Position numbers and translations under genes: made by a program
Shown here: in pieces, positions 1 to 12,380 of the stretch
Layout: every line of letters starts with the position of its first letter
Position numbering within the stretch: position 1 is the first letter of the stretch
The notes under the pieces: model-generated
What the model saw: the letters and a program-made list of their open reading frames with translations, nothing else
Database searches by the model: none
Told to the model about the DNA's origin: nothing
Assembly (NCBI GenBank): GCA_950097015.1
Contig: CATNEN010000039.1
Span: 11,222,001-11,286,000 of the forward strand
Reading direction: 5' to 3'
DNA length: 64,000 bases
Origin: Macrostomum hystrix
Lineage: Eukaryota; Animalia; Platyhelminthes

Positions 1-162
1 TCAGTCCTGTCTTGTGTTTCTACTTTCTGTTGTATAGCTGTGAAGCCATACTGCATGCTTAGCTAGGTTGTCTGCAGCCCTACTTGCTAGTAGTGCGAGT
101 GTGCATGAAAATTGCTGACATAAGCTAAAACGGCTCTCCAACCTCATCCGACCTTGCTCCAG

Positions 163-3100
163 TCGCAGCTGCAGATTCAGTCGGCCACCTCCAGTGAGCC
201 CATGTTCATCCTAGCCGAATGCGTCCTGCCGCGGGTGAGTACACTGGGCACAGTGATTCTACTGGCTGGGATAATATTCACGCCTTCACCTCCAGAAGCA
301 CATTGATGATGTGCCAGTGCCAGCAGCCCTCCTGCAAAAAATATATTCTAATTATCTCAAATCAATTTCAGCTGCTCATCCCTGCGAAGCAGCCGACTTT
401 GCCACAGCAGCAACAGCAGCCGCTTCACCTGGTCCGGCCCACCGTTTTAGAGGCTCAGGCGAGCTGCGTGACCATCTCAAACGATCCGGCCAGCTTCTCG
501 GACGCCCTGTCCGCAGCGGTTGCCTCTGGCGTCAGCAGTCAGCAGCCGGACTCCTGTGGCCTCTCATCAGCTCCCGACTTCCCCGGCGATCCCAGCTTTG
601 ACTGGATGCCGTTTAGCATCGCCCTGGCCGAGGCTGCCGCGGCCGCCTCGCCGCCGCCGCCCTCCTCCATCTGGCACGTGACCTGCCCGCAGCTGTGGTG
701 CGACTTCGTAGCGGAAGGCTCCTCCAAGCCGCGCCGCCAGCACTGCCTGGACGCCGGCCGTGTCGACGCGTTCCTGTCGGCCGGCTCGGCGCCGGACTCG
801 TTCGCCGTCCTGCTGGACCTGCCAGCAGACTCCGGCAGGGAGCTGCGGTTGGCCCTCACCCACCTGCAGTACCTGTTCCTTCTGCGCATGGGCGAGGACT
901 TTTCCAGCTTCGCCGATTGCATGCAGCGGGACCGGCGCGGCATGGGACTTCCCGAGCCACCGCCTGGCCCAGTGGCCGCCGTCTGGCTGCCGATTCCATG
1001 TGCCCGCCTTCAGCTGCTGCTCGGCGCCGTCGCTGCCACCGCCGGTCAAGTCGACAGTTCCGCCAAGTCGCCGCGGGCTATTGGGAGTGCCACCTCGTCA
1101 GATACGTGCAGCGTCGATAGCGACAGCTGCGACCCTCGAGCTCGACGCCGCCTGTCTGCGCCGACGACGGGCAGCACCGGCTGTGGTGAGGAGGCTGCAC
1201 GCGCCTCCTCAGCCAACGGCGCGACTTCCATGCCGCCTACGTCCGGTGCCGTGGAGTTTGTCATCTCCGGCGCTTCCTCGTCGCCATCGACAACTTCTAC
1301 ATCGCCGCCGACTGCCGCAGCGTCGCCGAAAATGACAGCCAGGCAGAGTCAGCAGCAGCAGCAGCAGCAGCAAATTTCTGCTCCGCAATTGCTAGTTGAA
1401 CGCTTCCGTCAAATGACATCGTCGAAGCATCGGGTAAGTTTGTGTGGTGAGTGGCAAGGCCAACAAACGCGTTTGCCTGTCGCATCAAGGTCCCTGAGCT
1501 CGATTCCGCAGCGAGGCCACATTTTTAGGGCGCAGCCGCGGAGAGAATGCCTGGGGGCTTGTCTTGTCGTCTCGGCCAACGTCCAAGGCACAGTGAGGAT
1601 GCACTGACGATGAGATCCGAGTGTCTGAGTAGATGTACACACCTGTTTGAGTGTCACTATTTCCCTTACCGTTGACAGGGGTCGGCCACCAGCCTGGACA
1701 GCGGTGGATCGGAAATCGGCGACGAATGGGAGCGAGTGTCCGTCTCTAGCGACGACCTCAGCGTTAGCGAGGATCGCGCGCGTCGGCTGCAGCTGCTTGA
1801 GGAGGCGGAAGCCGCCGCTGCTGCCGCTGCCGAAGCTGGCGGCTGCCTGCTACCCACTGGCGCCATCCCTGCCGCCTCCTCCGCGCCTGCCAGCGACGAC
1901 GAAGACGAGACCACAGGCGGCGGCTGCGTCAGGGAGCCGCAGCTGGCCTGCCTGACGGGCGGCCTCCTCGGAGCCAGCGTTCTCGTCACGGTTGACCACG
2001 CCGGCTCGCTGGTGCGGGTGGCCGCTCGGCAGGTGGGCCTGGCTGAACCCGGCACCGCCGACGACGCGACCGGCGTCACTCTGAGCGAGGCCTTGACCGC
2101 GAGGCCGCCGCGCGTCAACCTTCTGGACAGCGATGCCGCAGTTGACGCCAATTCAGATTTGTCACCTTCGCGGCTTCGAATTCGAGTGTTCGTCGACGAG
2201 GCGCGAACCCCAGACGATCCTCGAGCCAGCGAGGTTTGTGTCCGCCTGAGCGGCTTGGCCGCCTCTGCCGGCCTGTCCGCCCTCACCGGCCTCGGGGACT
2301 TCTTCGAGGACGAACTCCTGCAGCCCGCCCTGCCGATGCGGCTGCTGCTAGAGGCTGTGCGAGCCGAGATTGTGGTGAGTGAGCTGCTGCTGCTGCTGCT
2401 GTTGTTGTTGTACCGGCTGTCCTGCTGAACACTGCGGGATCCGGTAGACTCAAATGTGAAGTCTTCGAATGTAGCGCAGTAGCGCAGTGCTGTCACCAGG
2501 GCGTCTGGTCTTCTGCCTTCGGTGAGGTGAAGGATCCTTGGCCCGAAAAGATTAAGTCACTAAGTCTCGAGAATCGCACACCGTGCAGAGTTTCCAGGCG
2601 CAGGGCTGCTGTGGCTGTCAGAGTCCTGCGTAGCTGGGGTGAAAGTGGGAGGCTAAGTTAGTTTTGATCCAGAACAGAGCTTACGAACAGTCTCACACAC
2701 CGAGACAGATCCAGGGATTCAAGTATTTGTCGGAGCAATTTAGGATTTAGGACTTCAGGCAGGTCATACAGACATTCATTCATCACTCACTGCAGGAGGA
2801 TAGGCCCTGTCTGAACGCCACCTGTCCCGGAGAGCATCTGCCGCTGCGTCTGGAGCTGCCTAACAGTTTATCACTGCTCCGCGGTGTGGACAATGTCATG
2901 CGGATCCAGGGTGAGCTTGCGCGACAGACGGCTGTCAAGCTGTGTTTGTAGGTGATGTCAATGTTCAGTTTGTCAGGGGTGGAGGTCAAGGTTTAGTCTG
3001 TAGGGGGAGGTCAAGGTTCAGGTTGAGTATGAGGGGAGGTCAAGGTTGAGTATGAGGGCAGGTCAAGGTTGAGTATGAGGGGAAGTCAAGGTTGAGTATG

Positions 3101-4671
3101 AGGGCAGGTCAAGGTTGAGTATGAGGGGAGGTCAAGGTTGAGTATGAGGGGAGGTCAAGGTTGAGTATGAGGGGAGGTCAAGGTTGAGTATGAGGGGAGG
3201 TCAAGGTTGAGTATGAGGGGAGGTCAAGGTTGAGTATGAGGGGAGGTCAAGGTTGAGTATGAGGGCAGGTCAAGGTTGAGTATGAGGGGAGGTCAAGGTT
3301 GAGTATGAGGGCAGGTCAAGGTTGAGTATGAGGGGAAGTCAAGGTTGAGTATGAGGGGAAGTCAAGGTTGAGTATGATGGGAGGTCAAGGTTGAGTATGA
3401 GGGGAGGTCAAGGTTGAGTATGAGGGGAGGTCAAGGTTGAGTATGAGGGCAGGTCAAGGTTGAGTATGAGGGCAGGTCAAGGTTGAGTATGAGGGGAGGT
3501 CAAGGTTGAGTATGAGGGGAGGTCAAGGTTGAGTATGAGGGCAGGTCAAGGTTGAGTATGAGGGGAGGTCAAGGTTGAGTATGAGGGGAGGTCAAGGTTG
3601 AGTATGAGGGCAGGTCAAGGTTGAGTATGAGGGGAGGTCAAGGTTGAGTATGAGGGGAGGTCAAGGTTGAGTATGAGGGCAGGTCAAGGTTGAGTATGAT
3701 GGGAGGTCAAGGTTGAGTATGATGGGAGGTCAAGGTTGAGTATGAGGGGAGGTCAAGGTTGAGTATGAGGGGAGGTCAAGGTTGAGTATGATGGCAGGTC
3801 AAGGTTGAGTATGAGGGCAGGTCAAGGTTGAGTATGATGGGAGGTCAAGGTTGAGTATGAGGGGAAGTCAAGGTTGAGTATGAGGGCAGGTCAAGGTTGA
3901 GTATGAGGGGAGGTCAAGGTTGAGTATGAGGGGAGGTCAAGGTTGAGTATGAGGGGAGGTCAAGGTTGAGTATGAGGGGAGGTCAAGGTTGAGTATGAGG
4001 GGAAGTCAAGGTTGAGTATGAGGGCAGGTCAAGGTTGAGTATGAGGGGAAGTCAAGGTTGAGTATGAGGGCAGGTCAAGGTTGAGTATGAGGGGAGGTCA
4101 AGGTTGAGTATGAGGGGAAGTCAAGGTTGAGTATGAGGGGAGGTCAAGGTTGAGTATGAGAGGAGGTCAAGGTTGAGTATGAGGGGAGGTCAAGGTTGAG
4201 TATGAGGGGAGGTCAAGGTTGAGTATGAGGGGAGGTCAAGGTTGAGTATGAGAGGAGGTCAAGGTTGAGTATGAGGGGAAGTCAAGGTTGAGTATGAGGG
4301 GAGGTCAGGGTTGAGTATGAGGGGAGGTCAAGGTTGAGTATGAGGGGAGGTCAGGGGTTAGTTGCAGTTAGATAACATAAATGCTAGTTGCCATGAGCAA
4401 CTTTCTGTCCAGTGCTATTGACAATGTTTTGTTAAAATTATTTTTAGTTGACCCGGCCATGCCAGGGAGCTCCACCTGCGGTCGCTGCCTTCTGCAGCAG
4501 CAGCAGCAGCAGCAGCAGCAGCCAGCGGAGCAGGACTTGGCAGCCCAGTTGGCTCGCTGTCAGGCAGAGCTTGCAGCTGTAGAGGCCTTGCGCGACTCGC
4601 TGAGAAGCCGCGTCAGCGACATGCAGAAGCAGCTTGGCGGGCTGAACGGCGGGGAGTCGTGTAGGCTGTAG
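163..4671 (+). CDS. BLTP3: Bridge-like lipid transfer protein 3 (UHRF1BP1/UHRF1BP1L/SHIP164-like), 3' exons only; gene begins upstream of the window
   Basis: Phase-consistent GT-AG exons 163-234, 372-1433, 1679-2374, 2796-2910, 4448-4671. The C-terminal segment LTGLGDFFEDELLQPALPMRLLL...EDRP...LRGVDNVMRI plus a terminal coiled coil (LARCQAELAAVEALRDSLRSRVSDMQKQL) resembles the UHRF1BP1L C-terminus as I recall it. Confidence 0.75.
1440..1655 (+). mobile_element. tRNA-derived SINE family A, diverged copy (BLTP3 intron)
   Basis: aacgcgtttgcctgtcgcatcaaggtccctgagctcgattccgc matches the head of the other family A copies. Confidence 0.75.
3020..4356. repeat. 23-bp minisatellite (GTCAAGGTTGAGTATGAGGGGAG)n, about 58 units, intronic
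   Basis: Visible 23-nt period (GTCAAGG at 3039 and 3062, etc.). Confidence 0.97.
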
Positions 4672-5460
4672 GGCGCCCTTAGCAACCAGTTGATTACATT
4701 GACAACCTATCGAAACACGGTCTTTCTGGATTAACTGAAGTCGCGATTGCAAATATTAGCAACAACAGCTCTGCGAAACGCATGTTTTGAATCTCGAAGC
4801 CTTGACTCCTGATCTTAACATAAATTTCGTTGTTGTCCACTCTTATCATGCATTAATAATTCATTGACATATCCAGTTTCAGTGTCCTGTATCTTGAATT
4901 TAGTCACTAATTTCTTTTTCACTTGAGTATTCCTCTGTAGATATTTCTACATTATCCAGCTTACTGTCGGCATAAGCATTCCAGGTGTTTTTTGTTTCTG
5001 AAAAACTGACTTTTTACACGTTTGTCTGCCGACCTCTGTGATACAAATTGCTGTTTTGTTTGTCTATTTTTATGAAGCAACGAATATTTTGACCAAGCTG
5101 TGTTTTCACTTTAGTTTTATGTGTCTATGACAAACCAACTTATTTTCCGATTATCATTATTTTATTTCTGAGAGGTGGTCGACCCCTTTTTGAGATCCAA
5201 TCGGTCTGATTAAAAATGTATTTTAGTCTGGCTTGATTCATGCAACGAAAACTGATTCTTTTGTGACCGCATGCTAACTCAATAATCAATGAAATTCAAC
5301 CACTGTAGTATATGCTGATCCTGATTGCCTTTGACTTCATCTGTGTGTTTGATCTGTTCGATTTTTTTATATATTTATCACTATTGAATAAATTTAACAC
5401 CTGTAAATTGTGTGCACTTTCTTCTAAAGAAGGACAAAAAATCTAAACTTTTACTTATAC

Positions 5461-8176
5461 GTATATCTCCTGCTGCGATTCTGATCAATATCGTATCTCC
5501 TGCTGCGATTCTGGTCAATATCGTATCTCCTGCTGCGATTCTGGTCAATATCGCATCTCCTGCTGCGATTCTGGTCAATATCGTATCTCCTGCTGCGATT
5601 CTGGTCAATATCGTATCTCCTGCTGCGATTCTGGTCAATATCGCATCTCCTGCTGCGATTCTTATCAATATGGCTTCTGCTGCTGCGATTCTTATCAATG
5701 TCGTATCTCCTGCTGCGATTCTGGTCAATATCGTATCTCCTGCTGCGATTCTGGTCAATATCGCATCTCCTGCAGCGATTCTGGTCATTATCGTATCTCC
5801 TGCTGCGATTCTTATCAATATGGCTTCTGCTGCTGCGATTCTTATCAATGTCGTATCTCCTGCTGCGATTCTTATCAATATCGCTTCTCCTGCTGCGATT
5901 CTTAATAATGTCGTATCTCCTGCTGCGATTCTGGTCAATATCGCATCTCCTGCTGCGATTCTGGTCATTATCGTATCTCCTGCTGCGATTCTTATCAATA
6001 TGGCTTCTGCTGCTGCGATTCTTATCAATGTCGTATCTCCTGCTGCGATTCTTATCAATATCGCTTCTCCTGCTGCGATTCTTATCAATGTCGTATCTCC
6101 TGCTGCGATTCTGGTCAATATCGCATCTCCTGCTGCGATTCTGGTCATTATCGTATCTCCTGCTGCGATTCTTATCAATATGGCTTCTGCTGCTGCGATT
6201 CTTATCAATGTCGTATCTCCTGCTGCGATTCTTATCAATATCGCTTCTCCTGCTGCGATTCTTATCAATGTCGTATCTCCTGCTGCGATTCTGGTCATTA
6301 TCGCATCTCCTGCTGCGATTCTGGTCATTATCGTATCTCCTGCTGCGATTCTTATCAATATGGCTTCTGCTGCTGCGATTCTTATCAATGTCGTATCTCC
6401 TGCTGCGATTCTTATCAATATCGCTTCTCCTGCTGCGATTCTTATCAATGTCGTATCTCCTGCTGCGATTCTGGTCAATATCGCATCTCCTGCTGCGATT
6501 CTGGTCATTATCGTATCTCCTGCTGCGATTCTTATCAATATGGCTTCTGCTGCTGCGATTCTTATCAATGTCGTATCTCCTGCTGCGATTCTTATCAATA
6601 TCGCTTCTCCTGCTGCGATTCTTATCAATGTCGTATCTCCTGCTGCGATTCTGGTCAATATCGCATCTCCTGCTGCGATTCTGGTCATTATCGTATCTCC
6701 TGCTGCGATTCTTATCAATATGGCTTCTGCTGCTGCGATTCTTATCAATGTCGTATCTCCTGCTGCGATTCTTATCAATATCGCTTCTCCTGCTGCGATT
6801 CTTATCAATGTCGTATCTCCTGCTGCGATTCTGGTCAATATCGCATCTCCTGCTGCGATTCTGGTCATTATCGTATCTCCTGCTGCGATTCTTATCAATA
6901 TGGCTTCTGCTGCTGCGATTCTTATCAATGTCGTATCTCCTGCTGCGATTCTTATCAATATCGCTTCTCCTGCTGCGATTCTTATCAATGTCGTATCTCC
7001 TGCTGCGATTCTGGTCAATATCGCATCTCCTGCTGCGATTCTGGTCATTATCGTATCTCCTGCTGCGATTCTTATCAATATGGCTTCTGCTGCTGCGATT
7101 CTTATCAATGTCGTATCTCCTGCTGCGATTCTTATCAATATCGCTTCTCCTGCTGCGATTCTTATCAATGTCGTATCTCCTGCTGCGATTCTGGTCAATA
7201 TCGCATCTCCTGCTGCGATTCTGGTCATTATCGTATCTCCTGCTGCGATTCTGGTCAATATCGCATCTCCTGCTGCGATTCTGGTCATTATCGTATCTCC
7301 TGCTGCGATTCTTATCAATATCGCTTCTGCTGCTGCGATTCTTATCAATGTCGTATCTCCTGCTGCGATTCTTATCAATATCGCTTCTCCTGCTGCGATT
7401 CTTATCGATATCGCTTCTCCTGCCACGATTCTTATCAATGTCGTATCTCCTGCTGCGATTCTGGTCAATATCGCATCTCCTGCTGCGATTCTTATCAATG
7501 TCGATCTCCTGCTGCGATTCTTATCAATATCGCATCTCCTGCTGCGATTCTGGTCAATATCGTATCTCCTGCTGCGATTCTGGTCAATATCGCATCTCCT
7601 GCTGCGATTCTGGTCATTATCGTATCTCCTGCTGCGATTCTTATCAATATCGTATCTCCTGCTGCGATTCTGGTCAATATCGTATCTCCTGCTGCGATTC
7701 TGGTCAATATCGCTTCTCCTGCTGCGATTCTTATCAATATCGCTTCTCCTGCTGCGATTCTGGTCAATATCGTATCTCCTGCTGCGATTCTTATCAATAT
7801 CGCATCTCCTGCTGCGATTCTGGTCAATATCGTATCTCCTGCTGCGATTCTGGTCAATATCGCATCTCCTGCTGCGATTCTGGTCATTATCGTATCTCCT
7901 GCTGCGATTCTTATCAATATCGCTTCTGCTGCTGCGATTCTGGTCAATGTCGTATCTCCTGCTGCGATTCTTATCAATATCGCTTCTCCTGCTGCGATTC
8001 TTATCAATATCGCTTCTCCTGCTGCGATTCTTATCAATGTCGTATCTCCTGCTGCGATTCTTATCAATATCGCTTCTCCTGCTGCGATTCTTATCAATGT
8101 CGATCTCCTGCTGCGATTCTTATCAATGTCGTATCTCCTGCTGCGATTCTTATCAATATCGCATCTCCTGCTGCAA
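5461..8176. repeat. 30-bp satellite (TCGTATCTCCTGCTGCGATTCTGGTCAATA)n, about 90 units, with a 180-bp higher-order repeat
   Basis: Exact 30-nt period. Six-variant cycle repeated 8 times over 5761-7200. 1-nt deletions near 7504 and 8103 shift the register. Confidence 0.97.
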
Positions 8177-8584
8177 TGTCCTCCTCCTGCTGCCTACCTT
8201 CGTGACTAGCTTTGCCAGCTTGATTGAGAATTAAAGTATGTCAGCTAGCTTTTTTGTCTCTCAGCGATCGGGTGTGTTCCGATCCGGTAAATAATTCACT
8301 GCCTCTCCACGCCGCTAGAGTCTTGAAACCTGATTAATAACGATTTCGGCTAATCAGACTCATTGGGGTATCGTTTGATTGAAGTCATCAATAATTTGCC
8401 GAATTACCATAGCCGATTTTTGCAAGCTGTTGCGCGCCACAGCCTGCCGTTCGCCCACTGTCACGTGACTTCTCGACCCAACAGCTCACCCGCAGAATCA
8501 ATCACCTAATCCCTACCTCACCCAAACTTTGTTTCCTAGAAAATGTTTATGAGGCAGGCTTTGATGGAAAATATAGACAGAGAT

Positions 8585-8884
8585 AATTTTCGGGGGGCAA
8601 TGGGGTATCATTTGGTGATAGTTGACCCGCAGCCAGCGAGGAGACAGTTCTGCTCATTTCGCTGACTCCTGAGCACGACACAGACACTGCCCTGACTTTC
8701 TCATCGTCATCCAGTGTACTCCCTCACTTAAAGGTTCGCCCTCAAGGGCGTAAATTGCCGACAAGCCTCGAAGCCTTCTCTGCGCGGCTCTGTCCCAAAG
8801 GAATGTTGCCTCGCCGCGGAATCGAGCTCAGGGACCTTGGTGCGAGAGGCAAACGCGTTAGACCGCTCTGCCACCAACCCCCCT
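8585..8884 (-). mobile_element. tRNA-derived SINE family A, near full length
   Basis: Minus strand GGGGGTTGGTGGCAGAGCGGTCTAACGCG (A box) ... GAGCTCGATTCC (B-box-like), body, and 3' module CAGGAGTCAGCGAAATG...CTCCTCGCTGGCTGCGGG. Confidence 0.85.
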
Positions 8885-9136
8885 TTTACTACGGAAATTT
8901 TGCACTTTTTTCTTAAAAACTGTGACTCTTACGAGCGTAATTCTTAATTGATTGAGAATTCTAATTAATTTATAAACCTTTATTCCTGAATAATAAGGGT
9001 CTAAGCATAAAATAATAAACAAGTCCTTAGACTCTAGTCATTATAGTTTCCCGTTCTTCCACTTCATCAAAGATAGCTTCTTTGTGTCCAACAATGTCAT
9101 GAGGCCGGACTTTCAGTTCTCAGTGTTCTCAGCTAA

Positions 9137-10252
9137 TCACTCTGGTCGGCACTTCTGCCGAGCAATCAGCGCCAACTGGGCCGTCGGATTGCCGATCAGC
9201 GCGGCGACTGTCCAGAACTTCTCGGCGACTGTCATAGACACAGACGCTGCATCTGCAACCGCAAAATTGAGCACCGCCAAGGTGGCGCTGGCCAACGCGG
9301 TGGCGGCGGCGCCTGTGGTGGCGCCAAGCGCGCCCAGGTTAGCGCGCCGCTCAGCGGCCGCGTTGACGACAGCCCGACGGTAGACGCAGAACGTTGCGGC
9401 GCCGGATTTCCTTCTGGTGCCCGGCATTGCCGACCCGCGGCCGGACGAGTTGGCCGCCTGGGCGCGACGGCACAATGCCAGCCCTGTGGCAAGGTTCATT
9501 GCCAGCACTGACAAGCTGGGTAGTAACTGGCTCAGTGCCACCTGGGCAAGCCAGGCCACTGAGTGCACCCGCTGCCAGGCTGAGCTGCCGTCCCAGGTGA
9601 CGTTTCTGGAATTCACCAGGATTAGCCTGCCGAGTCCTGCTGCATCCTTAACTGGTACATTCTCTATGAACATTTTGCACCAAAGGAACGTCTAATCTTA
9701 CCTAAGCCGACAGTCGAAGTCAACAAACTCATACTTTGTTGCCGCCTCAGTTGTCATAGCAACGGTAGCCACGCCGACAGTGGCGGCCAGAGTAGCCAGG
9801 CAGCATCGAGTTGGCAGAGCGGCCCTCCTGGCCGGCAGGCGGGCGCAGTGGTGCGCGCAGCGCTCCCCGGAGATGGCGGCAGCCGAGTGCAGCACCGCGG
9901 TCAGCAGGATGGATAGCGACAAGCCGCCGTCAGCTGACAGGCTGGCGCACGCCACAGAGACTCTTGCCTCCATCCACCAGCTGTCGGTTGGCATCGGCCA
10001 CGACGACAGGATGCGCTGCCGCAGCCAATCTGTAGCCAGCTCGTCGTCGACCTCAGCGCTGGCCACCAGGCCCGCCAGACTACTGGCCATCAGCACCAGC
10101 GAGGCGAGCAGCCCGGCGACCAGCTGAACCCGCAGAGCCGTCGAAGAGTCGGTGGCGGTGCGGCATCGCTGCAGCAGGACGCCAGAGTGCAGCAGAAGCG
10201 ACACGACCGACAGGACTAGCGAGGCGACGGTGGCAGCTTTGACGAAAGGCAT
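9137..10252 (-). CDS. Divergent rhodopsin-like 7TM receptor, 2 exons
   Basis: Exons 10252-9702 and 9605-9137 with a 96-nt phase-2 GT-AG intron. About 7 hydrophobic segments, ERC at the DRY position, extracellular Cys (FDCR), LLP in TM5, NP in TM7. Confidence 0.6.
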
Positions 10253-12380
10253 CGACTGCTTCGCAACTGATGGAGTCCTGAAGGCGGGTGATTGTCAGCG
10301 GCTGTCAACATGAAATGCAATCGAGTCTTAAATGCGTAGAACCAACGACCTGATTGGCTAACGGGGGTAGGGAGGCCCCTCCTCCTCCCTGAAGGCGCAG
10401 TCTTGTAATTAGAGTTGCGTGCCTCTTCAGATTCGAGTGCGTGTCTGCCTTTTCGGGAAGATTCACTTTTTTATTCCGCCATGCTTCGACGAAACAAAAT
10501 TGATAAAATTCCAGAAGCAGCGGTATTTAGCGACATTCCTAGTGCTGTCTGTCTTCATTATTAGACTTCAAGATAGCTTTTTAATAGCTCGCAAATATCA
10601 TGCACGAGCTTGTTACCGTAGAGCTTCTTTGCTCAGATTTTGTATGGTTTCAATGGACTTTTAGTCTGGGTTCTTCGACTTGCCTTTTTTCAATTCTCAA
10701 TACGACACTGAGCATTATTTGAATAGCATCAATCAAGACTACCTGGTAGTTTCTAGTCTTATTGTATACTTTTTATTGCTTTTATTTTTATTAAAGATGA
10801 TGTCAAACCGAAAATTTCGTAAAGGCAACATTTCACAATATTTACTCAAAAAATTATTTTTTGCTTGTCTAACTGCAAACAAATGCACACTTTCCATTTT
10901 AGAAGATGCTCGATATGTCACAGCACAGAGGCAGCTATGGCGTGGCTTATAGACAAGGAAGTAGCTTTCTGCAGCAGGATTTTCCGCGGAAAAACCATGG
11001 GCCCTACAGTTAGGTGTTTGCTCACTCGAAAGTTGAAGCCTCACGTTACACGCGAAGGCTGCAGTTACAGCCGCTCGCTCATTTGCCACCCATTGTGGCT
11101 ATTGTTGTGTGTAGCGTAACAGCGGTGAAGCTAAAATAAACTGATAGCCTATTAGTTGCTAGGCGATATCGTTGCACGCCTCAAATTTCTATACCGGTCT
11201 TTTTAAACTGCCCCATGACTTTGGGCCATAGACATTTGGTGCGTGCACCTAAGATGAATTGCTGTTCTCTTAAGACGAACTTTTTGTTTCAGGCTTCAGC
11301 TGTCTATGGGTAAGAGGCGCCTCTCACCCATAGAAATCATGCAACACATGCAGAAAGCATGCTGTCGGCTGCACATCTGGCCCAATTTGAGCAGGTCTAT
11401 TATTGATTTTTACAGCTAGTAAAAATTAGCCGGCCAGTTTTTCTCCACAAGCTTTTATATCAGGGAATACTTAAACTATATCAGTAGTTTAAGTTCGCAG
11501 TTTTGAGCACAAGCCAAGAGATAATCTTTGAGTAGGGTGTTGCCAAGGACAAAGTTGTTCTTTTGACAATTCAACAATTCAACTTGTTTCAGCGAAGCTT
11601 TCATCTGCCAGTTTCAGTTCTATGTTTTTCTCGCAGTCCATAGCGATGCAGCCAAGCTAGGACTTATAAAAGCTTGCCCTCGGTTTATCGACTCATACCG
11701 ATGCTGCCACTCCAGTAGAGCCCATTTCTTTTACCTGACGACGGCTTCCTGTGGAATTGAAGCAGCTGCGCGGTATGCTATTGCGACGGGGCTAGGTTAA
11801 AAATACTTAATAGACAGGGTCACAAGTTTCTGCTGGCACCTATTGTCTTGTCTGAAACAATTGCTTTCTGAGGCAGGTAAATTCTGAGAAATTACGGGGG
11901 TGGCCCGCAGTAGGCTTACCTACAGCGGATTTAAACACTCAAATGGTAGCTGGTTCATGCGTTATAAGTTAGGACAGGTTTGATAACCGTGCGCTATGCA
12001 GTTTGACCTGTGCTTGCTCCTAGTCGCTTGTGTTGTAGTCGGTATCAAGGCCAGCAGGCAAAGCTACACCTACATCGGCTGCTTTCCCGACGGCCCAAAC
12101 AGAGACCTCAGTGGCCTGCTAGGAGTTCTTGAACTGGGACCCTTTGCTACTCACAGGCAGTACCCAGAGTTTGTACACCTGCCATCCAACCCGGGCCTCA
12201 CGCTGCAGCTGTGCAGCCAGATCTGCGCCCTTGGCAGGTTTCGCTACTTCGGAGTTCAGGGCGGCACCTACTGCAGCTGCGGCTTGACTTACTTACTTGA
12301 CTTAGCTGCAGGGGGCATCTTCCGGATGCAGCGGGGAGGCGTTGCCGCCCATTCCGCTAGCCCCTGGCGACCACGGGCAA

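Noticed and set aside
3020-8176. CRISPR-like regularity of repeats (also 17728-18383)
   Set aside because: Head-to-tail tandem units with no unique spacers, no cas genes, and a eukaryotic context.
5381-8234. 705-, 940- and 835-aa ORFs on both strands
   Set aside because: By-products of a stop-free 30-bp (multiple of 3) satellite; open in several frames, with no unique coding flanks or splice structure.
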